Below, piece after piece: positions 55,471 through 64,000 of a DNA stretch of 64,000 bases (its first letter is position 1; every line of letters begins with the position of its first letter). Source of the stretch: Podarcis vaucheri. Taxonomy: Eukaryota. The stretch is from assembly GCA_965113315.1 (NCBI GenBank), contig OZ220364.1; one strand, 5' to 3'. The notes beneath the pieces were generated by a model. It was given only the letters and a program-made list of their open reading frames with translations, was not told where the DNA came from and made no database searches. Position numbers and translations under genes: made by a program.

Positions 55471-56014
55471 GACATGCAAAAAAACAAATTAGAGCGAAGG
55501 AAAAAATCACGGGCGAAGGAAAATAAGCAGAAGGAAGCCAGCGTTTGCTTGGCCAGCGCCAGCCTCTGATCTGACACGAGGGCAGATCAAAGGCCCACAA
55601 AACCAGAGAGAGACAAATGGGTGGGGTCTTTCTGGGGGACCAGAATGTGGCTAAGCGCGTGATCCATTTACTTGGGAGTAAGCGCCTTTGAAATCAACGA
55701 GACTTCGGAGTGCGCGCGCACAATATTCACCCTGCAATTGTAAAATCATTAAATTGTACCAAAATGGCATCAGAGGGGGCAACAAGCACCACCAGATAAG
55801 GGCTGAGGAAGATAAAGTGGGCGGGGGGGGATGCATCCTCTCCTTAGCCCCTTAGAGAAGGGATGGGATATGTACCTAATGAAACATCTTTGCAATAGTG
55901 TAAGTTAACTTTCATCCTTTATCACATTTTATAATTGGGAAACCATGTCCTGGTTTGCCTTTTTAAACAAAAGTACCAAAGATCTGCAAAAGGATTTTGA
56001 GAATGAATGATTTA

Positions 56015-56272
56015 CCGTATTTTTTGCTCTATAAGACTCACTCCCCCCCCCAAAAAAGTAAGGGGAAATGTGTGTGCGTCTTATGGAGCGAATGCAGGCT
56101 GCGCAGCTATCACAGAAGCCAGAACAGCAAGAGGGATTGCTGCTTTCACTGTGCAGCGATCCCTCTTGCTGTTCTGGCTTCTGAGATTCAGAATATTTTT
56201 TTTCTTGTTTTCTTCCTCCAAAAACTAGGTGCATCTTGTGGTCTGGTGCGTCTTATAGAGCGAAAAATACGG
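56015..56272. mobile_element. Tc1/mariner-superfamily MITE with an internal long hairpin
   Basis: 27-bp TIRs ccgtattttttgctctataagactcac / gtgcgtcttatagagcgaaaaatacgg (2 mismatches); TA duplications at 56013-56014 and 56273-56274. Confidence 0.9.
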
Positions 56273-56398
56273 TACCTTGAAATATTAAACTGATTCTGAT
56301 ACTGTGATTCAATTGCATGGGGCTAAATCTGCTTTCAAGTAAATTACATTCATTCTACTGAAGCAGAGACAAAACTGATATCATTGAGCCTGGCTATA

Positions 56399-56751
56399 AA
56401 GGTAAAGAGACCCCTGACCATTAGGTCCAGTCGTGACCGACTCTGGGGTTGCGGCGCTCATCTCAGTTTATTTGCCTGATGGAGCCGGGGTACAGCTTCT
56501 GGGTCATGTGGCCAGCATGACAAAGCCGCTTCTGGCGAACCAGAGCAGCACATGGAAACGCCGTTTACCTTCCAGCCAGAGCAGTACCTATTTATCTGCT
56601 TGCACTTTGACGTGCTTTCGAACTGCTAGGTGGGCAGGAGCAGGGACCGAGCAACGGGAGCTCACCCCGTCACGGGGATTCGAACCGCCAACCTTCTGAT
56701 CGGCAAGTCCTAGGCTCTGTGGTTTAACCCACAGCGCCACCCGCGTCCCCT
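56399..56751 (-). mobile_element. Sauria SINE, full length
   Basis: Minus strand starts GGGACGCGGGTGGCGCTGTGGGTTAAACC, has B box GTTCGAATCC and ends in a TTTACCTTT tail; perfect 12-bp TSD agcctggctata at 56387-56398 and 56752-56763. Confidence 0.92.
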
Positions 56752-57517
56752 AGCCTGGCTATATTGGAGCTAATAAGAGATTGGTGATTTCCACTTACCA
56801 TAAATCAACAGTGCCTCGCAGACATTAATGGGGCCAAAGTTTGAGCAAATCAGCCATCCTTGTAAATAATATGATAGTATCCCCACTACCTCCAATGTTG
56901 AGGGTCCAGCCATAATTTTTTCATGGTAGATCTTCATCCTATAATTGCTGATAGATTTGAAATAAGCCTTCTCCACTTACATGGAAAGTGTTGTGAGTTC
57001 ACTAGAGCAGTTTCCCAAAGGAAACAAGTAAAAGCAATAAATTCACCTCCCCCACTACAATCTGTTAGATTTATTGGCCACATACTGTAGCTGCCAGGCT
57101 GATAACTATTCACACAGCCCTGACTGTTATTCGGTGCCCCAAAGACAGGGTATTCCACCCCCAACCACCCCTGCTGACCGATCTTTCCCTTACATACAGG
57201 AACCGGTGTCCATTAATATCTCTGCAAAGGGCAGGCTAGAATTAGAATGACAAAACTGGCTGTTCTGAGGACCCCAGGGGCCCCAGTTGGGTGGGTCAGA
57301 GTTATACACCTTCCGGCTACAGTAGTTTTAACTTAACTGATGGCAGGGTAAGAATCCCCGGAACACAGAGAGCTCCAACTGTGACAAGTCTGCTAGCTTA
57401 AGATGTGGTCTGTACAATGTTCCACCTTCTATTGAGAGTCTGAGGGCATGCTCACACAACGTGTGCTCATTACTTACTTACTTTCTTACAACTTGACATT
57501 AATTTATTAATGGCACA

Positions 57518-57745
57518 TTTATTTATTTATTACATTTATATGCCTCCTCCTCCTCCAAGGAGCTTGAGGAAGTGTACATGGTCCCCCCCCCAATTTTATC
57601 CTCACAACAATTCTGTGGTATAGGATAGGCTGAGAGGCAATGACCACCCCAAGGTCACCCAGTGAGATTGATGGACGAGTGGGAATTCAAACCCAGGTCA
57701 CCCAGGTTATCATAGTTCAACACTCTAACCATTACACCACACTGC
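57518..57745 (-). mobile_element. Older, diverged MIR/CORE-like SINE
   Basis: cacaacaa...ggctgagag...cccaaggtcaccca...ctctaaccattacaccacactg; same layout as the 49563 copy. Confidence 0.7.
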
Positions 57746-58959
57746 CAATAGCAGCGCTCTTCAGGTAGCTTGCAAAAATAACATAATATGTCAAATTAAT
57801 AAGCACAGAGCAATATAACAGTATGTGAATTCCAGCATTTAAAAAACAGCAACTTAGAGTAAAACACCATAGAGGAAAACACAGTACCACTAAAAGTTTG
57901 GAACAGATCTACAGCTCTGGAAAAATATCAGTGGATTCAGATACTCACAGTTTAAAACCCTGGGAAACTTAAAAGGTGCCAAAAAAACCACAGAGAAAGT
58001 GATTGATTGGGGGGTCATCATCAATATGTGACTGCTGGGTACCATTCTAAATCAAGGTGGTGGACCAAAACATGGCTTTGGGATGATGTCCCCTCTTTCT
58101 TGGCACAGGTTCGGCTTCCTCTTGAGATATCACCACCAAATGTGACTTTGATGTGACGTTGCCCAATTTCTGGCATGATGGGTCCAAACTGACAAATTCA
58201 TTTAAAAATCACAATATTTTTTGGTTCCTAAAAATTATCAGGTGGCAGCAGGCACGTCCCACGAGTATGGCACAAACTTCAGAAGAGAAAGGAGAGGATC
58301 AAAATCCAGCACTACCCTGCTTGGACAGCTCCATGTCCCAGCTGCCATGTCTGATTCTTTGGCGAAAGGGTAAGTACAGAGGCTTGACAAGGAGGTCTCT
58401 GCCATAGACCAGTACTACAACCATCATGTTATCTAGGGCCTGGCCAGTTTTTAACCTTATAAAATGCCCAAAATTCCCTTCTGGAGTCAATAAGCAAGCA
58501 AAGCCATGTCCAATTAGAATCAGTGTGTTAGCTTCATTTCTATGTCTGAAATCCTATTTGTCACTTTCTCCCTGCCCCTCTTTCTCAGGGGACAGTGCTT
58601 TTGCAATGGCATCTGGTTGGTCACTGTGGGAACAGGATGCGGGACTAGCTGGGCCTTTGTTCTGATCCAGCAGGATCCTTCTGATGCTAGGAAATGTGTT
58701 GCGGAGTCTCTCTGACTGCCTGCCTTTCATAGTAACATTTCCCCCCTTGAGGGGGACCAGAAGCAAAAGAGAACAGGGCTTCTGCATCATTAATAGTTGC
58801 AGAGAAAAAGAAATTTCTTGCAGCCCCCAGGTACACTTACTGAAATTCCCTCTGCCACACACAGCTATGAAAAGGTGCTGGGAAGACTGTTCTCTTTTTT
58901 CGCCAGACCACCCCACAGCAGTTGCCCACTCAGCTGCATAATGTTATACGTACCTATTA

Positions 58960-59410
58960 ACTTGCATGCCCATTTTAAACCTGGGATGCTTACCTTTGAA
59001 GCCATAAATGGTTTGGGACTCAAGTACTTCAAGCGGGATCTCCTTTTACACCTATCTGCTTGCCTGCTAGGATCCTTGGCCAATGCCCTTTTCCAATTAC
59101 CACCTCCATCAAGAGATGGGGGTTGTTACAAAAAGGAGGTGGGTTTTTAGGTGGCATAATGGTGCCCCAGCCATGCAATGCTCTCTCCAAAGATGTATGT
59201 CTGCTGTCATCTTTGCTGTCTTTTAGGCCACAAGCAAATACTTCTATTAAAAATAATTAAATCACCCGGGCATTTTAAAACATTTCCTTTTTGTTATATT
59301 AAGTATTTTAAGCTCTGAATTTTAACTGTGTTTATGTTTGCTGGTTGCTTTGCATGCATTTATTGTCATTTTACTTTAAGGTTTGCAAACTGCTTTGAAA
59401 ACCATTGCTA
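58960..59410 (+). mobile_element. Degenerate L2-like LINE 3' fragment
   Basis: tacctttgaagccataaatggtttgggactcaagtacttcaag... followed by an AT-rich tail resembles recalled L2 3' ends. Confidence 0.45.
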
Positions 59411-59882
59411 CAAGGTGGCATGTGCGTGTTTTGAAGAAAGTAGTACTTATCCAAGGAAAGCCCAGGGCTGGCATGGGTTTTAGCGTGCAAGAGATGGAGC
59501 AGGCTAACCAGGTTTGACACTGGCACTGTGCTCAGGGGAGCTGCTGCCACCTTACTGCATACTGATTTTCAAGCAGGTAATGATATCTGGTTCATACAGA
59601 CACTGCAGCACCTAGAAACAGCCTAAGGCTGATGCTTCCTATTCTTATGAACTGCCTCCACTTCTGATGAATATTATATACGTAGGGTAGAAATCAGTCG
59701 TTGAAAATTTACATGGGTTTAGGCTAGAGCAGGAGTAGGGAACCCTTTTCAGACCGGGGGCCGCATTCCCATCAAGGCAATGTTCCGGAGTCCACATACC
59801 AATGGTGGGCAGGACTAGAGGCAAATTGATGCAGCTTTTACATTTTGCTAGATAACTTTTGCTAGCTGCTATCTTCTATCTA

Positions 59883-60218
59883 GGGACGCGGGTGGCGCTG
59901 TGGGTTAAACCACAGAGCCTGCCGATCAGAAGGTTGGCGGTTTGAATCCCTGTGACAGGGTGAGCTCCCGTTGCTTAGTCCCTGCTCCTGCCAACCTAGC
60001 AGTTCAAAAGCATGTCAGAGTGCAAGTAGATAAATAGGTACCACTCTGGCAGGAAGGTAAACGGCGTTTCGATGCGCTGCTCTGGTTCGCCAGAAGCGGC
60101 TTAGTCATGACCCGGAAGCTGAATGCCGGCTCCCTCGGCCAATAAAGCAAGATGAGCGCGGCAACCCAGAGTCGGCCATGACTGGACCTAATGGTCAGGG
60201 GTCCCTTTACCTTTACCT
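59883..60218 (+). mobile_element. Sauria SINE
   Basis: gggacgcgggtggcgctgtgggttaaaccacagagcc...ggggtccctttacctttacct; degenerate TSD tatcttctatcta / tatcttccatcca. Confidence 0.92.
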
Positions 60219-60811
60219 TATCTTCCATCCAAGCAACCAAAAGGCATCGACAAAGTTCAGGGATACACCCCATTCAGGGAAAAACATGCATGGAGGGTAT
60301 GAAGCAGGACTGGGGAGGGAGTATGACTTGCGGAGAACGCCAAGGGACACACAGACACACAGAGGGCGGCCTGGCAGACTGCATTTGTGCCTGCGGTTCC
60401 CCAACCCAGGGCTGGAGTGTCTAAAGAAGACAAGGCAAAAGTATCCTAGAAAAGAGAGAGAGAGGTGTTTATCCAGGAAGATAACCAGGCACATAATAAG
60501 TTGAAAGAAATATAAATATTTATTTTAGTTAAGATGGCTCTTAATATTCTAGTTAAAATATTTAATCTTGTTAAGATGCAGAAAGGCATTACCAGATGTT
60601 CAAGAGTTACAAACAACATCCCTCTCACAGTGTCTGGTATATAGGGATAAGGTACACTGAATTATTCCACCCCCTTAAATTAAACCTGTTAGGCGTGCCT
60701 GGAGTGTTGTGACATAAACTGTGTTTCATTATGCACAGTTCTTTTCCACTTCTCTAGGAACTGCTCTATCCTTAATAACCCTGCAGCTCATCAAGTGCAT
60801 ACATTTAGTTG

Positions 60812-60932
60812 AAACAAACAAACAAACAAACAAACAAACAAACAAACAAACAAAATTCCTTCCAGTAGCACCTTAGAGACCAACTAAGTTTGTTACTGGT
60901 ATGAGCTTTCGTGTGCATGCAGACTTCTTCAG
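60812..60932. mobile_element. Short retro-insertion: (AAAC)n plus Penelope-like fragment
   Basis: Flanked by a perfect 13-bp direct repeat atacatttagttg (60799-60811, 60933-60945). The core tagcaccttagagaccaactaagtttg...agctttcgtg resembles recalled reptile Penelope-like ends; related fragments near 30813, 40620 and 50580. Confidence 0.55.
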
Positions 60933-61440
60933 ATACATTTAGTTGTTGTTGTTGTTTTTGCTGTTTTTGCTTTCAAGCAGAGTGTTGGCTGTTGTCATGG
61001 TTCAGAATACCAGCAAATGCCGGGTGTCCTGCCTCTGCACAGTGTGCAAGTCCCAAAATATTTCTGGGGGAGTCTGGGAATCTGGAGAGAGAGAGATTGG
61101 GGCAGGGCTTTGGAGAGAAATCCGCCTGCCTCTGGAAGGGCAGATGAGGTCAGGGTTCCAATGCCAATCTGCGTTGAGTGCAAATGGGGTCTCTCTGAGA
61201 GTTCAACATTGATCAGCTACGTTTAAGCCCTCCCAGAAGAATGCCATGTCTGGGGACTGATCAGGCTGCACTCTTAGAATCTGGAGAACGGTGAGCCCCA
61301 AGTACCACTAAGACGTGGATGCAGAGCTTCACATTAGGAGGAGAAATGGCCTGATGCTTTCATGAAGCTTCATTGAAAAATAAACAGGTATTATAGGAAA
61401 AGGAAGCAAACTGCATTCTCCATCCTCTCTCACCATTTCA

Positions 61441-61442
<2 letters not shown>

Positions 61443-61501
<59 letters not shown>
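61443..61501. repeat. Compound (TC)n(AC)n microsatellite
   Basis: Direct observation. Confidence 0.95.
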
Positions 61502-61503
<2 letters not shown>

Positions 61504-62914
61504 CCAACCAGACTATGTGTGCTGTGAGATTCCTGGGATGCTTGCTGAACCCTCAGGCAGCTTCCTCTGTGGCAAAAGCCCCTGCTGGACAAAGGAGCCT
61601 GTGTGCAAGCAATTCCCTTTCCACCAACCCTGTTGGTCACTGGCACCTCCTCCGTGGTGTGTGTGTGTGTGTGTGCACACGCGCCTATGTGCAAACATCA
61701 TCACTCCTGCGGAATGGAAGGGGCAGCGAGTCAGCACTAAGAACGCCGACCTGGGCAGCTTGAGCAGGGCGGATGAGCATCCCCAAGGATGTGAGGAAGC
61801 ACAGGGAGCCAACACCAGGGAGAAGGCCTTCCTTCAGGCTGGGACAGCTGGGGGAACTGAGAAAGCCAGGCTGGATCACAGGGGGCTGCAGCAGGAGGGA
61901 GCAGCAAGGTCAGCGAGGCAGAGCCCAGGCAGGACCAGAAGCAGTGTAAAATGCAGTGGCATGGGGCGGAAAGCAGGAAGACCACCAGCAGGTGGCGCCC
62001 CAGCCAACGATAGGCAGAGCTCCATCCTCCTCACAGCTGTGTTCTGCAAGGGTAACACCGAGACTAAGGGGGAGGAAGGTGACAGCCAGGGCCACCATTT
62101 GGAATGGTTGCAAGTAAAACAGGAGGCTGGCTGAAGTTGCTGAGACATTGCCCTCTTTGCACTAATAGTCTCAATTGATAAAATGTGATGCAACAGCAGG
62201 ACAGGTTTCAGGAGGGGCACCATTTTCTTGCTCCCAGCCTCTCTTAGCTATGCTGTGACAATGGATTCCAGATATTTAAATGCCCAAGGACCAGGAATTG
62301 GGTGAAAGTTTGGAGCCAGGGGCCAACAGCAAGGGGTAACCTCATTTCTACACAGCAAGACTTGGAGGGAAAGATCCCTCCCATTGGGTTCAGTTTGGCT
62401 TATTCTCACATCACGAGTGTTTAGCGGCATCACTGCACAGGGCCCGGTTCTGTTTTGTCCTTGAGGGCTTGAGTTCCAATAATCATTATTTTAAAAGTGC
62501 ACATGGTGTTTGTGTTTTGGGGTTTCCTACGAACAGGATAAAAATGGGGCATGTTGGGAGCTTGGCCCAAGGATCCAATTACCAGCTCCTTGGCATCAGG
62601 CAGCAAGTCAGCACAGGCTGGTCACCCGATCCCTACCTGCCAAAACAGCCCGATAAACATGCAGCCTATTAATAACAGAGTGGCACTCAGGACAACGCTA
62701 CAAACACTGGCAGAGTTGGGCCTCTCCTTTCAGAAGTCCTGTATCCCTGTCCATTGGAACGTTAATTACTACAGTGCTCACTGCCCACTCCAAAGTGGAT
62801 ATCGGGTTCTTGGTCTGTGACCCATGAGGTATCACTCTCCTGCAAGGACTGGGGGATCAAAGCCAGCAATCTTGACTCCAAATGTTCCTTGCACTATTCA
62901 GCTTTAGCCTAGGT

Positions 62915-63051
62915 TAGGTGTGGGGAAACTTTGGCCTTCCTGGTGTTGCTGAACTACAACTCCCATAATCCCTGGCCATTGGCCATGCTCATTGGGGCTG
63001 ATGGGAGTTGTAGTTTGATGGTGCCTGGAGGGCCAGATCTCCCCACTCCTG
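62915..63051. mobile_element. Short palindromic hAT-derived MITE
   Basis: aactacaactcccat / atgggagttgtagtt internal inverted repeat; ends taggtgtgggga / tccccactcctg; TSD gcctaggt / gcctaggg. Older copies near 13300, 30460, 48250 and 52380. Confidence 0.78.
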
Positions 63052-63070
63052 GCCTAGGGAATGGGAAAGG

Positions 63071-63314
63071 GAGGAGGAGGAGTTTGGATTTGATATCCTG
63101 CTTTATCACTACCCAAAGGAGTCTCAAAGCGGCTAACATTCTCCTTTCCCTTCCTCCCCCACAACAAACACTCTGTGAGGTGAGTGAGGCTGAGAGACTT
63201 CAAAGAAGTGTGACTAGCCCAAGGTCACCCAGCAGCTGCATGTGGAGGAGCGGAGACGCAAACCCGGTTCACCAGATTACGAGTCTACCACTCTTAACCA
63301 CTACACCACACTGG
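63071..63314 (-). mobile_element. tRNA-derived MIR/CORE-like SINE (Squam3-like)
   Basis: Near-identical to the 49563-49810 copy. Confidence 0.85.
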
Positions 63315-63876
63315 GTCGCAATAAAGGAATGGTACTTTGTACATGTTACTGTAATGGCCAGTTCAGACCGGCCCTTCCTGTTAAGGAGCAGGAAGTCTGG
63401 GTAAACCATGCTTGAAGCTTCCTCCATATGGAAGCAGCTCCACACAGAAAGCCAGTCCTGAGTGGACCAGTTTGCCATGTGGATTGACCCTCATCAATTT
63501 ATGGTGGCACCAATGGAAGTCACCTATGACAACAATCATAGTGAGCTTGTACACACAAACCAGCCATCCTCCAGAGTCGCTTTCAAGGAGTCTCCGCAGG
63601 GAGGAAACATGAGGAGCCAGCTTGGTCCATTTCCTTGATGTGTAAGCATCAATAAATTTGTTATTTTAGAACTTCTACATTCTTAGGAATGATTCCTCGC
63701 TTGCTTTCTTGAAAGGATTGTACCACACATATATATTGAGCTGCCTCTTAAGAGTTACTCACCTGGTTAAATTTAAATAAACCATGTGGGAGTGTTCTTG
63801 CTGCATGACTTCTCCTCCTTCCAGTGCTAGACAATGATACATTTTTAATTTTGCCCTTATTTGGATAAAATGACAC

Positions 63877-63920
<44 letters not shown>
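63877..63920. repeat. (TAA)n microsatellite
   Basis: Direct observation. Confidence 0.95.
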
Positions 63921-63921
<1 letters not shown>

Positions 63922-64000
63922 GCTTGTTTTGTCCCAGAACATATTTTTAGCGCTTAGCCCTGAATCATGATAATAAGTGAGTTCTTCTGAGTAGGAGCAA

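Noticed and set aside
61517-62134. 205-aa ORF
   Set aside because: It includes a (GT)n microsatellite and has no domain, convincing splice context or codon pattern.

Overview
Vertebrate genomic DNA. The Sauria-type SINEs point to a squamate reptile, probably a lacertid lizard (inference). Three spliced protein-coding genes were reconstructed by hand with phase-consistent GT-AG junctions. (1) SAMD1 on +: 5 coding exons, 3270-9593, 493 aa, winged-helix and SAM domains. (2) A PRR36-like/DUF4596 gene (KIAA1107/BTBD8 paralog family) on -: 5 coding exons, 33937-18246, 1278 aa, plus a non-coding first exon in a CpG island near 39.1-39.3 kb. (3) An intact CCN1/CYR61-like gene on -: 5 exons, 54921-47122, 369 aa, all 38 CCN cysteines. 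Its neighbourhood and divergence suggest an extra CCN1 ohnolog that mammals lack, not CCN1 itself. The last PRR36 intron carries a full-length, apparently intact L1-clade LINE (19593-26165) in antisense, with ORF1, ORF2, a poly(A) tail and a perfect 16-17 bp target-site duplication (TSD). The L1 antisense 5'UTR contains an ATG plus splice donor that is in frame with the host's last exon. The rest is intronic or intergenic DNA with SINEs, hAT and Tc1/mariner MITEs, a possible solo LTR and microsatellites. Gene and repeat family names come from recalled sequences and motifs, not from database searches.
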